From: Antedon mediterranea
Taxonomy: Eukaryota; Animalia; Echinodermata
DNA: 64,000 nucleotides
Direction of reading: 5' to 3'
Assembly (NCBI RefSeq): GCF_964355755.1
Contig: NC_092677.1
Coordinates: forward strand, 20,792,101 to 20,856,100
Shown here in pieces: positions 39,901-56,056 of the stretch. The notes under the pieces are model-generated. The model was not told the DNA's origin. It ran no database searches and worked only from the letters and a program-made list of their open reading frames with translations. How positions within the stretch are numbered: the stretch's first letter is position 1; each line of letters begins with the position of its first letter. The translations under genes and the position numbers were made by a program.

Positions 39901-42629
39901 TTTAAATCGCATTTGGAGACGTTTTAGACCATTTTGTTCATTTCGATGAAACAAAAACACAAAAACATCAAATTGCACAAAATGGCTTAATATGATATGG
40001 GAAAACGTTTTAGACCATTTTGAACATTTCGTTAAAAGTTTTCACACAAAAACATCAAAGTCCACAAAATAGCTTAATATCGTATTTAAAAACGTTTTAG
40101 ACCATTTTGAGCATTTCGAAAAAACTTTTTCACACAAAACATCAAAGTTTACAAAATAGCTTCAAATCGCATTTGGAGACGTTATAGACCATTTTGTGAT
40201 TTTCGAAAAAACTTGTTAACATAAAAACACCAAAGTGCTCAGAATACCTTCAAATCGCATTTTGAGACGTTTTAGACCATTTTGTGATTTTCGAAAAAAC
40301 TTGTTAACATAAAAACACCAAAGTGCTCAGAATCGTGTTTTGAGACGTTTTAGACCATTTTGTGATTTTCGAAAAAACTTGTTAACATAAAAACACCAAA
40401 GTGCTCAGAATACCTTCAAATCGTGTTTTGAGACGTTTTAGACCATTTTGTGATTTTGGAAAAACTTGTTAACATAAAAACACCAAAGTGCTCAGAATAC
40501 CTTCAAATCGCATTTGGAGACGTTTTAGACCATTTTGTGATTTTCGAAAAAACTTGTTAACATAAAAACACCAAAGTGCTCAGAAAAGCTTCAAATCGCA
40601 ATTGGAGACGTTTTAAACCATTTTGTTCATTTCGATGAAACTTGGTTACACAAAAACATCAAATTGCACAAAATGGCTTAATATGGTATGGGAAAACGTT
40701 TTAGACCATTTTGAACATTTCGAGAAAACTTTTTCACACAAAACTTCAAAGTGTACAGAATAGCTTCAAATCGCATTAGAAACCGTTTTAGACCATTTTG
40801 AGCATTTCGAAAAAACTTTTTCACACAAAACATCAAAGTTTACAAAATAGCTTCAAATCGCATTTGGAGACGTTTTAGACCATTTTGTGATTTTCGAAAA
40901 AACTTGTTAACATAAAAACACCAAAGTGCTCAGAATACCTTCAAATCGCATTTTGAGACGTTTTAGACCATTTTGTGATTTTCGAAAAAACTTGTTAACA
41001 TAAAAATACCAAAGTGCTCTGAATACCTTCAAATCGTGTTTTGAGACGTTTTAGACCATTTTGTGATTTTCGAAAAAACTTGTTAACATAAAAACACCAA
41101 AGTGCTCAGAATACCTTCAAATCGCATTTGGAGACGTTTTAGACCATTTTGTGATTTTCGAAAAAACTTGTTAACATAAAAACACCAAAGTGCTCAGAAA
41201 AGCTTCAAATCGCAATTGGAGACGTTTTAAACCATTTTGTTCATTTCGATGAAACTTGGTTACACAAAAACATCAAATTGCACAAAATGGCTTAATATGG
41301 TATGGGAAAACGTTTTAGACAATTTTGAACATTTCGAGAAAACTTTTTCACACAAAACTTCAAAGTGTACAGAATAGCTTCAAATCGCATTAGAAACCGT
41401 TTTAGACCATTTTGAGCATTTCGAAAAAACTTTTTCACACAAAACATCAAAGTTTACAAAATAGCTTCAAATCGCATTTGGAGACGTTTTAGACCATTTT
41501 GTGATTTTCGAAAAAACTTGTTAACATAAAAACACCAAAGTGCTCAGAATACCTTCAAATCGCATTTTGAGACGTTTTAGACCATTTTGTGATTTTCGAA
41601 AAAACTTGTTAACATAAAAATACCAAAGTGCTCTGAATACCTTCAAATCGTGTTTGAGACGTTTTAGACCATTTTGTGATTTTCGAAAAAACTTGTTAAC
41701 ATAAAAACACCAAAGTGCTCAGAATACCTTCAAATCGCATTTGGAGACGTTTTAGACCATTTTGTGATTTTCGAAAAAACTTGTTAACATAAAAACACCA
41801 AAGTGCTCAGAAAAGCTTCAAATCGCATTTGGAGACGTTTTAAACCATTTTGTTCATTTCGATGAAACTTGGTTACACAAAAACATCAAAGAGCACAAAA
41901 GTATTTAAAAACGTTTTAGACCATTTTGAGCATTCCGACAAAACTTTTTCACACAAAACATCAAAGTGTACAGAATAGCTTTAAATCGCATTTGGAGACG
42001 TTTTAGACCATTTTGTAGTTTTCGAAAAAACTTGTTAACATAAAAACACAAAAGAGCTTCAAATCGCATTTGGAGACGTTTTAGACCCTTTTGTGCATTT
42101 CGATGAAACTTGGTTACACAAAAACATCAAAGTGCTTAAAATCACATTAGAAACCGTTTTAGACCATTTTGAGCATTTCGTTAAAACTTTTCACACAAAA
42201 ACATCAAAGTCCCCAAAATAGCTTAATATCGTATTCAAAAACGTTTTAGACCATTTTGAGCATTTCGAAAAAACTTTTTCACACAAAACATCAAAGTTTA
42301 CAAAATAGCTTCAAATCGCATTTGGAGACGTTTTAGACCATTTTGTGATTTTCGAAAAAACTTGTTAACATAAAAACACCAAAGTGCTCAGAATACCTTC
42401 AAATCGCATTTTGAGACGTTTTAGACCATTTTGTGATTTTCGAAAAAACAACATAAAAACACCAAAGTGCTCAGAATACCTTCAAATCGCATTTGGAGAC
42501 GTTTTAGACCATTTTGTGATTTTGGAAAAAACTTGTTAACATAAAAACACCAAAGTGCTCAGAATACCTTCAAATCGTATTTTGAGACGTTTTAGACAAT
42601 TTTGTGATTTTCGAAAAAACTTGTTAACA

Positions 42630-45600
42630 TAAAAACACCAAAGTGCTTAGAAAAGCTTCAAATCGCATTTGGAGACGTTTTAGACCATTTTGTGCATTTC
42701 GATGAAACTTGGTTACACAAAAACATCAAAGTGTACAGAATAGCTTCAAATCGCATTAGAAACCGTTTTAGACCATTTTGAGCATTTCGAAAAAACTTTT
42801 TCACACAAAACATCAAAGTGTACAAAATAGCTTCAAATCGCATTTGGAGACGTTTTAGACAATTTTGTGATTTTCGAAAAAACTTGTTTACATAAAAACA
42901 CCAAAGTGCTAAGAATAGCTTCCAATCGCATTTGGAGACGTTTTAGACCCTTTTGTGCATTTCGATGAAACTTGGTTACACAAAAACATCAAAGTGCTTA
43001 AAATCACATTAGAAACCGTTTTAGACCATTTTGAGCATTTCGTTAAAATTTTTCACAGAAAAACATCAAAGAGCAAAAAATAGCTTAATATCGTATTTAA
43101 AAACGTTTTAGACCATTTTGAGCATTTCGACAAAACTTTTTCTCACAAAACATCAAAGTGTACAGAATAGCTTCAAATCGCATTTGGAGACGTTTTAGAC
43201 CATTTTGTGCATTTCGATGAAACTTGGTTACACAAAAACATCAAAGTGCTTAAAATCACATTTTGAGCATTTCGTTAAAACTTTTCACACAAAAACATCA
43301 AAGAGTAAAAAATAGCTTAATATCGTATTTAAAAACGTTTTAGACCATTTTGAGCATTTCGACAAAATTTTTTCACACAAAACATCAAAGTGTACAGAAT
43401 AGCTTTAAATCGCATTTGGAGACGTTTTAGACCATTTTGTTAATTTCGATGAAACAAAAACACAAAAACATCAAATTGCACAAAATGGCTTAATATGATA
43501 TGGGAAAACGTTTTAGACCATTTTGAACATTTCGTTAAAAGTTTTCACACAAAAACATCAAAGTCCACAAAATAGCTTAATATCGTATTTAAAAACGTTT
43601 TAGACCATTTTGAGCATTTCGAAAAAACTTTTTCACACTAAACATCAAAGTTTACAAAATAGCTTCAAATCGCATTTGGAGACGTTTTAGACCATTTTGT
43701 GATTTTCGAAAAAACTTGTTAACATAAAAACACCAAAGTGCTCAGAATACCTTCAAATCGCATTTTGAGACGTTTTAGACCATTTTGTGATTTTCGAAAA
43801 AACTTGTTAACATAAAAACACCAAAGTGCTCAGAATACCTTCAAATCGTGTTTTGAGACGTTTTAGACCATTTTGTGATTTTCGAAAAAACTTGTTAACA
43901 TAAAAACACCAAAGTGCTCAGAATACCTTCAAATCGCATTTTGAGACGTTTTAGACCATTTTGTGATTTTCGAAAAAACTTGTTAACATAAAAACACCAA
44001 AGTGCTCAGAATACCTTCAAATCGTGTTTTGAGACGTTTTAGACCATTTTGTGATTTTCGAAAAAACTTGTTAACATAAAAACACCAAAGTGCTTAGAAA
44101 AGCTTCAAATCGCATTTGGAGACGTTTTAGACCATTTTGTTCATTTCGATGAAACTTGGTTACACAAAAACATCAAAGAGCACAAAAGATCTTAATATCG
44201 TATTTAAAAACGTTTTAGACCATTTTGAGCATTTCGAAAAAACTTTTTCACACAAAACATCAAAGTGTACAAAATAGCTTCAAATCGCATTTTGAGACGT
44301 TTTAGACAATTTTGTGATTTTCGAAAAAACTTGTTTACATAAAAACACCAAAGTGCTTAGAAAAGCTTCAAATCGCATTTGGAGACGTTTTCAACCATTT
44401 TGTTCATTTCGATGAAACTTGGTTACACAAAAACATCAAAGAGCACAAAAGTATTTAAAAACGTTTTAGACCATTTTGAGCATTCCGTCAAAACTTTTTC
44501 ACACAAAACATCAAAGTGTACAGAATAGCTTTAAATCGCATTTGGAGACGTTTTAGACCATTTTGTAGTTTTCGAAAAAACTTGTTAACATAAAAACACA
44601 AAAGAGCTTCAAATCGCATTTGGAGACGTTTTAGACCCTTTTGTGCATTTCGATGAAACTTGGTTACACAAAAACATCAAAGTGCTTAAAATCACATTTT
44701 GAGCATTTCGTTAAAACTTTTCACACAAAAACATCAAAGAGTAAAAAATAGCTTAATATCGTATTTAAAAACGTTTTAGACCATTTTGAGCATTTCGACA
44801 AAATTTTTTCACACAAAACATCAAAGTGTACAGAATAGCTTTAAATCGCATTTGGAGACGTTTTAGACCATTTTGTTAATTTCGATGAAACAAAAACACA
44901 AAAACATCAAATTGCACAAAATGGCTTAATATGATATGGGAAAACGTTTTAGACCATTTTGAACATTTCGTTAAAAGTTTTCACACAAAAACATCAAAGT
45001 CCACAAAATAGCTTAATATCGTATTTAAAAACGTTTTAGACCATTTTGAGCATTTCAAAAAAACTTTTTCACACAAAACATCAAAGTTTACAAAATAGCT
45101 TCAAATCGCATTTGGAGACGTTTTAGACCATTTTGTGATTTTCGAAAAAACTTGTTAACATAAAAACACCAAAGTGCTCAGAAAAGCTTCAAATCGCATT
45201 TGGAGACGTTTTAAACCATTTTGTTCATTTCGATGAAACTTGGTTACACAAAAACATCAAAGAGCACAAAAGTATTTAAAAACGTTTTAGACCATTTTGA
45301 GCATTCCGACAAAACTTTTTCACACAAAACATCAAAGTGTACAGAATAGCTTTAAATCGCATTTGGAGACGTTTTAGACCATTTTGTAGTTTTCGAAAAA
45401 ACTTGTTAACATAAAAACACAAAAGAGCTTCAAATCGCATTTGGAGACGTTTTAGACCCTTTTGTGCATTTCGATGAAACTTGGTTACACAAAAACATCA
45501 AAGTGCTTAAAATCACATTAGAAACCGTTTTAGACCATTTTGAGCATTTCGTTAAAACTTTTCACACAAAAACATCAAAGTCCACAAAATAGCTTAATAT

Positions 45601-48600
45601 CGTATTCAAAAACGTTTTAGACCATTTTGAGCATTTCGAAAAAACTTTTTCACACAAAACATCAAAGTTTACAAAATAGCTTCAAATCGCATTTGGAGAC
45701 GTTTTAGACCATTTTGTGATTTTCGAAAAAACTTGTTAACATAAAAACACCAAAGTGCTCAGAATACCTTCAAATCGCATTTTGAGACGTTTTAGACCAT
45801 TTTGTGATTTTCGAAAAAACAACATAAAAACACCAAAGTGCTCAGAATACCTTCAAATCGCATTTGGAGACGTTTTAGACCATTTTGTGATTTTGGAAAA
45901 AACTTGTTAACATAAAAACACCAAAGTGCTTAGAAAAGCTTCAAATCGCATTTGGAGACGTTTTAGACCATTTTGTGCATTTCGATGAAACTTTGTTACA
46001 CAAAAACATCAAAGTGTACAGAATAGCTTCAAATCGCATTAGAAACCGTTTTAGACCATTTTGAGCATTTCGAAAAAACTTTTTCACACAAAACATCAAA
46101 GTGTACAAAATAGCTTCAAATCGCATTTGGAGACGTTTTAGACAATTTTGTGATTTTCGAAAAAACTTGTTTACATAAAAACACCAAAGTGCTAAGAATA
46201 GCTTCCAATCGCATTTGGAGACGTTTTAGACCCTTTTGTGCATTTCGATGAAACTTGGTTACACAAAAACATCAAAGTGCTTAAAATCACATTAGAAACC
46301 GTTTTAGACCATTTTGAGCATTTCGTTAAAATTTTTCACAGAAAAACATCAAAGAGCAAAAAATAGCTTAATATCGTATTTAAAAACGTTTTAGACCATT
46401 TTGAGCATTTCGACAAAACTTTTTCTCACAAAACATCAAAGTGTACAGAATAGCTTCAAATCGCATTTGGAGACGTTTTAGACCATTTTGTGCATTTCGA
46501 TGAAACTTGGTTACACAAAAACATCAAAGTGCTTAAAATCACATTTTGAGCATTTCGTTAAAACTTTTCACACAAAAACATCAAAGAGTAAAAAATAGCT
46601 TAATATCGTATTTAAAAACGTTTTAGACCATTTTGAGCATTTCGACAAAATTTTTTCACACAAAACATCAAAGTGTACAGAATAGCTTTAAATCGCATTT
46701 GGAGACGTTTTAGACCATTTTGTTAATTTCGATGAAACAAAAACACAAAAACATCAAATTGCACAAAATGGCTTAATATGATATGGGAAAACGTTTTAGA
46801 CCATTTTGAACATTTCGTTAAAAGTTTTCACACAAAAACATCAAAGTCCACAAAATAGCTTAATATCGTATTTAAAAACGTTTTAGACCATTTTGAGCAT
46901 TTCGAAAAAACTTTTTCACACTAAACATCAAAGTTTACAAAATAGCTTCAAATCGCATTTGGAGACGTTTTAGACCATTTTGTGATTTTCGAAAAAACTT
47001 GTTAACATAAAAACACCAAAGTGCTCAGAATACCTTCAAATCGCATTTTGAGACGTTTTAGACCATTTTGTGATTTTCGAAAAAACTTGTTAACATAAAA
47101 ACACCAAAGTGCTCAGAATACCTTCAAATCGTGTTTTGAGACGTTTTAGACCATTTTGTGATTTTCGAAAAAACTTGTTAACATAAAAACACCAAAGTGC
47201 TCAGAATACCTTCAAATCGCATTTTGAGACGTTTTAGACCATTTTGTGATTTTCGAAAAAACTTGTTAACATAAAAACACCAAAGTGCTCAGAATACCTT
47301 CAAATCGTGTTTTGAGACGTTTTAGACCATTTTGTGATTTTCGAAAAAACTTGTTAACATAAAAACACCAAAGTGCTTAGAAAAGCTTCAAATCGCATTT
47401 GGAGACGTTTTAGACCATTTTGTTCATTTCGATGAAACTTGGTTACACAAAAACATCAAAGAGCACAAAAGATCTTAATATCGTATTTAAAAACGTTTTA
47501 GACCATTTTGAGCATTTCGAAAAAACTTTTTCACACAAAACATCAAAGTGTACAAAATAGCTTCAAATCGCATTTTGAGACGTTTTAGACAATTTTGTGA
47601 TTTTCGAAAAAACTTGTTTACATAAAAACACCAAAGTGCTTAAAAAAGCTTCAAATCGCATTTGGAGACGTTTTAAACCATTTTGTTCATTTCGATGAAA
47701 CTTGGTTACACAAAAACATCAAAGAGCACAAAAGTATTTAAAAACGTTTTAGACCATTTTGAGCATTCCGTCAAAACTTTTTCACACAAAACATCAAAGT
47801 GTACAGAATAGCTTTAAATCGCATTTGGAGACGTTTTAGACCATTTTGTAGTTTTCGAAAAAACTTGTTAACATAAAAACACAAAAGAGCTTCAAATCGC
47901 ATTTGGAGACGTTTTAGACTTTTTTGTGCATTTCGATGAAACTTGGTTACACAAAAACATCAAAGTGCTTAAAATCACATTTTGAGCATTTCGTTAAAAC
48001 TTTTCACACAAAAACATCAAAGTCCACAAAATAGCTTAATATCGTATTTAAAAACGTTTTAGACCATTTTGAGCATTTCGAAAAAACTTTTCCACACAAA
48101 ACATCAAAGTTTACAAAATAGCTTCAAATCGCATTTGGAGACGTTTTAGACCATTTTGTGATTTTCGAAAAAACTTGATAACATAAAAACACCAAAGTGC
48201 TCAGAATACCTTCAAATCGTGTTTTGAGACGTTTTAGACCATTTTGTAATTTTCGAAAAAACTTGTTAACATAAAAACACCAAAGTGCTCAGAATACCTT
48301 CACATCGCATTTTGAGACGTTTTAGACCATTTTGTGATTTTCGAAAAAACTTGTTAACATAAAAACACCAAAGTGCTTAGAAAAGCTTGAAATCGCATTT
48401 GGAGACGTTTTAGACCATTTTGTTCATTTCGATGAAACAAAAACACAAAAACATCAAATTGCACAAAATGGCTTAATATGATATGGGAAAACGTTTTAGA
48501 CCATTTTGAACATTTCGTTAAAAGTTTTCACACAAAAACATCAAAGTCCACAAAATAGCTTAATATCGTATTTAAAAACGTTTTAGACCATTTTGAGCAT

Positions 48601-51600
48601 TTCGAAAAAACTTTTTCACACAAAACATCAAAGTTTACAAAATAGCTTCAAATCGCATTTGGAGACGTTATAGACCATTTTGTGATTTTCGAAAAAACTT
48701 GTTAACATAAAAACACCAAAGTGCTCAGAATACCTTCAAATCGCATTTTGAGACGTTTTAGACCATTTTGTGATTTTCGAAAAAACTTGTTAACATAAAA
48801 ACACCAAAGTGCTCAGAATCGTGTTTTGAGACGTTTTAGACCATTTTGTGATTTTCGAAAAAACTTGTTAACATTAAAACACCAAAGTGCTCAGAATACC
48901 TTCAAATCGCATTTTGAGACGTTTTAGACCATTTTGTGATTTTCGAAAAAACTTGTTAACATAAAAACACCAAAGTGCTCAGAATACCTTCAAATCGTGT
49001 TTTGAGACGTTTTAGACCATTTTGTGATTTTCGAAAAAACTTGTTAACATAAAAACACCAAAGTGCTCAGAATACCTTCAAATCGCATTTTGAGACGTTT
49101 TAGACCATTTTGTGATTTTCGAAAAAACTTGTTAACATAAAAACACCAAAGTGCTCAGAATACCTTCAAATCGTGTTTTGAGACGTTTTAGACCATTTTG
49201 TGATTTTCGAAAAAACTTGTTAACATAAAAACACCAAAGTGCTTAGAAAAGCTTCAAATCGCATTTGGAGACGTTTTAGACCATTTTGTTCATTTCGATG
49301 AAACTTGGTTACACAAAAACATCAAAGAGCACAAAAGATCTTAATATCGTATTTAAAAACGTTTTAGACCATTTTGAGCATTTCGAAAAAACTTTTTCAC
49401 ACAAAACATCAAAGTGTACAAAATAGCTTCAAATCGCATTTTGAGACGTTTTAGACCATTTTGTGATTTTCGAAAAAACTTGTTAACATAAAAACACCAA
49501 AGTGCTCAGAATACCTTCAAATCGCATTTGGAGACGTTTTAGACCATTTTGTGATTTTCGAAAAAACTTGTTAACATAAAAACACCAAAGTGCTCAGAAA
49601 AGCTTCAAATCGCATTTGGAGACGTTTTAAACCATTTTGTTCATTTCGATGAAACTTGGTTACACAAAAACATCAAAGAGCACAAAAGTATTTAAAAACG
49701 TTTTAGACCATTTTGAGCATTCCGACAAAACTTTTTCACACAAAACATCAAAGTGTACAGAATAGCTTTAAATCGCATTTGGAGACGTTTTAGACCATTT
49801 TGTAGTTTTCGAAAAAACTTGTTAACATAAAAACACAAAAGAGCTTCAAATCGCATTTGGAGACGTTTTAGACCCTTTTGTGCATTTCGATGAAACTTGG
49901 TTACACAAAAACATCAAAGTGCTTAAAATCACATTAGAAACCGTTTTAGACCATTTTGAGCATTTCGTTAAAACTTTTCACACAAAAACATCAAAGTCCC
50001 CAAAATAGCTTAATATCGTATTCAAAAACGTTTTAGACCATTTTGAGCATTTCGAAAAAACTTTTTCACACAAAACATCAAAGTTTACAAAATAGCTTCA
50101 AATCGCATTTGGAGACGTTTTAGACCATTTTGTGATTTTCGAAAAAACTTGTTAACATAAAAACACCAAAGTGCTCAGAATACCTTCAAATCGCATTTTG
50201 AGACGTTTTAGACCATTTTGTGATTTTCGAAAAAACAACATAAAAACACCAAAGTGCTCAGAATACCTTCAAATCGCATTTGGAGACGTTTTAGACCATT
50301 TTGTGATTTTGGAAAAAACTTGTTAACATAAAAACACCAAAGTGCTCAGAATACCTTCAAATCGTATTTTGAGACGTTTTAGACAATTTTGTGATTTTCG
50401 AAAAAACTTGTTAACATAAAAACACCAAAGTGCTTAGAAAAGCTTCAAATCGCATTTGGAGACGTTTTAGACCATTTTGTGCATTTCGATGAAACTTGGT
50501 TACACAAAAACATCAAAGTGTACAGAATAGCTTCAAATCGCATTAGAAACCGTTTTAGACCATTTTGAGCATTTCGAAAAAACTTTTTCACACAAAACAT
50601 CAAAGTGTACAAAATAGCTTCAAATCGCATTTGGAGACGTTTTAGACAATTTTGTGATTTTCGAAAAAACTTGTTTACATAAAAACACCAAAGTGCTAAG
50701 AATAGCTTCCAATCGCATTTGGAGACGTTTTAGACCCTTTTGTGCATTTCGATGAAACTTGGTTACACAAAAACATCAAAGTGCTTAAAATCACATTAGA
50801 AACCGTTTTAGACCATTTTGAGCATTTCGTTAAAATTTTTCACAGAAAAACATCAAAGAGCAAAAAATAGCTTAATATCGTATTTAAAAACGTTTTAGAC
50901 CATTTTGAGCATTTCGACAAAACTTTTTCTCACAAAACATCAAAGTGTACAGAATAGCTTCAAATCGCATTTGGAGACGTTTTAGACCATTTTGTGCATT
51001 TCGATGAAACTTGGTTACACAAAAACATCAAAGTGCTTAAAATCACATTTTGAGCATTTCGTTAAAACTTTTCACACAAAAACATCAAAGAGTAAAAAAT
51101 AGCTTAATATCGTATTTAAAAACGTTTTAGACCATTTTGAGCATTTCGACAAAATTTTTTCACACAAAACATCAAAGTGTACAGAATAGCTTTAAATCGC
51201 ATTTGGAGACGTTTTAGACCATTTTGTTAATTTCGATGAAACAAAAACACAAAAACATCAAATTGCACAAAATGGCTTAATATGATATGGGAAAACGTTT
51301 TAGACCATTTTGAACATTTCGTTAAAAGTTTTCACACAAAAACATCAAAGTCCACAAAATAGCTTAATATCGTATTTAAAAACGTTTTAGACCATTTTGA
51401 GCATTTCGAAAAAACTTTTTCACACTAAACATCAAAGTTTACAAAATAGCTTCAAATCGCATTTGGAGACGTTTTAGACCATTTTGTGATTTTCGAAAAA
51501 ACTTGTTAACATAAAAACACCAAAGTGCTCAGAATACCTTCAAATCGCATTTTGAGACGTTTTAGACCATTTTGTGATTTTCGAAAAAACTTGTTAACAT

Positions 51601-53400
51601 AAAAACACCAAAGTGCTCAGAATACCTTCAAATCGTGTTTTGAGACGTTTTAGACCATTTTGTGATTTTCGAAAAAACTTGTTAACATAAAAACACCAAA
51701 GTGCTCAGAATACCTTCAAATCGCATTTTGAGACGTTTTAGACCATTTTGTGATTTTCGAAAAAACTTGTTAACATAAAAACACCAAAGTGCTCAGAATA
51801 CCTTCAAATCGTGTTTTGAGACGTTTTAGACCATTTTGTGATTTTCGAAAAAACTTGTTAACATAAAAACACCAAAGTGCTTAGAAAAGCTTCAAATCGC
51901 ATTTGGAGACGTTTTAGACCATTTTGTTCATTTCGATGAAACTTGGTTACACAAAAACATCAAAGAGCACAAAAGATCTTAATATCGTATTTAAAAACGT
52001 TTTAGACCATTTTGAGCATTTCGAAAAAACTTTTTCACACAAAACATCAAAGTGTACAAAATAGCTTCAAATCGCATTTTGAGACGTTTTAGACAATTTT
52101 GTGATTTTCGAAAAAACTTGTTTACATAAAAACACCAAAGTGCTTAGAAAAGCTTCAAATCGCATTTGGAGACGTTTTAAACCATTTTGTTCATTTCGAT
52201 GAAACTTGGTTACACAAAAACATCAAAGAGCACAAAAGTATTTAAAAACGTTTTAGACCATTTTGAGCATTCCGTCAAAACTTTTTCACACAAAACATCA
52301 AAGTGTACAGAATAGCTTTAAATCGCATTTGGAGACGTTTTAGACCATTTTGTAGTTTTCGAAAAAACTTGTTAACATAAAAACACAAAAGAGCTTCAAA
52401 TCGCATTTGGAGACGTTTTAGACTTTTTTGTGCATTTCGATGAAACTTGGTTACACAAAAACATCAAAGTGCTTAAAATCACATTTTGAGCATTTCGTTA
52501 AAACTTTTCACACAAAAACATCAAAGTCCACAAAATAGCTTAATATCGTATTTAAAAACGTTTTAGACCATTTTGAGCATTTCGAAAAAACTTTTCCACA
52601 CAAAACATCAAAGTTTACAAAATAGCTTCAAATCGCATTTGGAGACGTTTTAGACCATTTTGTGATTTTCGAAAAAACTTGATAACATAAAAACACCAAA
52701 GTGCTCAGAATACCTTCAAATCGTGTTTTGAGACGTTTTAGACCATTTTGTAATTTTCGAAAAAACTTGTTAACATAAAAACACCAAAGTGCTCAGAATA
52801 CCTTCACATCGCATTTTGAGACGTTTTAGACCATTTTGTGATTTTCGAAAAAACTTGTTAACATAAAAACACCAAAGTGCTTAGAAAAGCTTGAAATCGC
52901 ATTTGGAGACGTTTTAGACCATTTTGTTCATTTCGATGAAACAAAAACACAAAAACATCAAATTGCACAAAATGGCTTAATATGATATGGGAAAACGTTT
53001 TAGACCATTTTGAACATTTCGTTAAAAGTTTTCACACAAAAACATCAAAGTCCACAAAATAGCTTAATATCGTATTTAAAAACGTTTTAGACCATTTTGA
53101 GCATTTCGAAAAAACTTTTTCACACAAAACATCAAAGTTTACAAAATAGCTTCAAATCGCATTTGGAGACGTTATAGACCATTTTGTGATTTTCGAAAAA
53201 ACTTGTTAACATAAAAACACCAAAGTGCTCAGAATACCTTCAAATCGCATTTTGAGACGTTTTAGACCATTTTGTGATTTTCGAAAAAACTTGTTAACAT
53301 AAAAACACCAAAGTGCTCAGAATCGTGTTTTGAGACGTTTTAGACCATTTTGTGATTTTCGAAAAAACTTGTTAACATAAAAACACCAAAGTGCTCAGAA
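42630..53400. repeat. Three staggered copies of a related block (offsets 3283 and 4504)
   Basis: CACACTAAAC has its T at 43639, 46922 and 51426. GTTATAGACC lies at 48670/53174. ORF-track copies lie at 42658, 45941 and 50445. Confidence 0.8.
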
Positions 53401-56056
53401 TACCTTCAAATCGTGTTTTGAGACGTTTTAGACCATTTTGTGATTTTCGAAAAAACTTGTTAACATAAAAACACCAAAGTGCTCAGAATACCTTCAAATC
53501 GCATTTTGAGACGTTTTAGACCATTTTGTGATTTTCGAAAAAACTTGTTAACATAAAAACACCAAAGTGCTCAGAATACCTTCAAATCGTGTTTTGAGAC
53601 GTTTTAGACCATTTTGTGATTTTCGAAAAAACTTGTTAACATAAAAACACCAAAGTGCTTAGAAAAGCTTCAAATCGCATTTGGAGACGTTTTAGACCAT
53701 TTTGTTCATTTCGATGAAACTTGGTTACACAAAAACATCAAAGAGCACAAAAGATCTTAATATCGTATTTAAAAACGTTTTAGACCATTTTGAGCATTTC
53801 GAAAAAACTTTTTCACACAAAACATCAAAGTGTACAAAATAGCTTCAAATCGCATTTTGAGACGTTTTAGACAATTTTGTGATTTTCGAAAAAACTTGTT
53901 TACATAAAAACACCAAAGTGCTTAGAAAAGCTTCAAATCGCATTTGGAGACGTTTTAAACCATTTTGTTCATTTCGATGAAACTTGGTTACACAAAAACA
54001 TCAAAGAGCACAAAAGTATTTAAAAACGTTTTAGACCATTTTGAGCATTCCGTCAAAACTTTTTCACACAAAACATCAAAGTGTACAGAATAGCTTTAAA
54101 TCGCATTTGGAGACGTTTTAGACCATTTTGTAGTTTTCGAAAAAACTTGTTAACATAAAAACACAAAAGAGCTTCAAATCGCATTTGGAGACGTTTTAGA
54201 CCCTTTTGTGCATTTCGATGAAACTTGGTTACACAAAAACATCAAAGTGCTTAAAATCACATTTTGAGCATTTCGTTAAAACTTTTCACACAAAAACATC
54301 AAAGAGTAAAAAATAGCTTAATATCGTATTTAAAAACGTTTTAGACCATTTTGAGCATTTCGACAAAATTTTTTCACACAAAACATCAAAGTGTACAGAA
54401 TAGCTTTAAATCGCATTTGGAGACGTTTTAGACCATTTTGTTAATTTCGATGAAACAAAAACACAAAAACATCAAATTGCACAAAATGGCTTAATATGAT
54501 ATGGGAAAACGTTTTAGACCATTTTGAACATATCGTTAAAAGTTTTCACACAAAAACATCAAAGTCCACAAAATAGCTTAATATCGTATTTAAAAACGTT
54601 TTAGACCATTTTGAGCATTTCGAAAAAACTTTTTCACACAAAACATCAAAGTTTACAAAATAGCTTCAAATCGCATTTGGAGACGTTTTAGACCATTTTC
54701 TGATTTTCGAAAAAACTTGTTAACATAAAAACACCAAAGTGCTCAGAAAAGCTTCAAATCGCATTTGGAGACGTTTTAAACCATTTTGTTCATTTCGATG
54801 AAACTTGGTTACACAAAAACATCAAAGAGCACAAAAGTATTTAAAAACGTTTTAGACCATTTTGAGCATTCCGACAAAACTTTTTCACACAAAACATCAA
54901 AGTGTACAGAATAGCTTTAAATCGCATTTGGAGACGTTTTAACCCATTTTGAGCATTTCGATAAAATTTTACAAACAAAAACATCAAAGTGCACAAAATA
55001 GCTTAATATGGTATTTAAAAACGTTTTAGACCATTTTGAGCATTTCAACAAAACTTTTTCTCACAAAACATCAAAGTGTACAGAATAGCTTCAAATCGCA
55101 TTTGGAGACGTTTTAGACCATTTTGTGCATTTCGATGAAACTTGGTTACACAAAAACATCAAAGTGCTTAAAATCACATTTTGAGCATTTCGTTAAAACT
55201 TTTCACACAAAAACATCAAAGTCCACAAAATAGCTTAATATCGTATTTAAAAACGTTTTAGACCATTTTGAGCATTTCGAAAAAACTTTTCCACACAAAA
55301 CATCAAAGTTTACAAAATAGCTTCAAATCGCATTTGGAGACGTTTTAGACCATTTTGTGATTTTCGTAAAAACTTGTTAACATAAAAACACCAAAGTGCT
55401 TAGAAAAGCTTCAAATCGCATTTGGAGACGTTTTAGACCATTTTGTGCATTTCGATGAAACTTGGTTACACAAAAACATCAAAGTGCTTAAAATCACATT
55501 TTGAACATTTCGTTAAAAGTTTTCACACAAAAACATCAAAGAGTAAAAAATAGCTTAATATCGTATTTAAAAACGTTTTAGACCATTTTGAGCATTTCGA
55601 AAAAACTTTTCCACACAAAACATCAAAGTTTACAAAATAGCTTCAAATCGCATTTGGAGACGTTTTAGACCATTTTGTGATTTTCGAAAAAACTTGTTAA
55701 CATAAAAACACCAAAGTGCTCAGAATACCTTCAAATCGCATTTGGAGACGTTTTAGACCATTTTGTGATTTTCGAAAAAACTTGTTAACATAAAAACACC
55801 AAAGTGCTCAGAAAAGCTTCAAATCGCATTTGGAGACGTTTTAAACCATTTTGTTCATTTCGATGAAACTTGGTTACACAAAAACATCAAAGAGCACAAA
55901 AGTATTTAAAAACGTTTTAGACCATTTTGAGCATTCCGACAAAACTTTTTCACACAAAACATCAAAGTGTACAGAATAGCTTTAAATCGCATTTGGAGAC
56001 GTTTTAGACCATTTTGTAGTTTTCGAAAAAACTTGTTAACATAAAAACACAAAAGA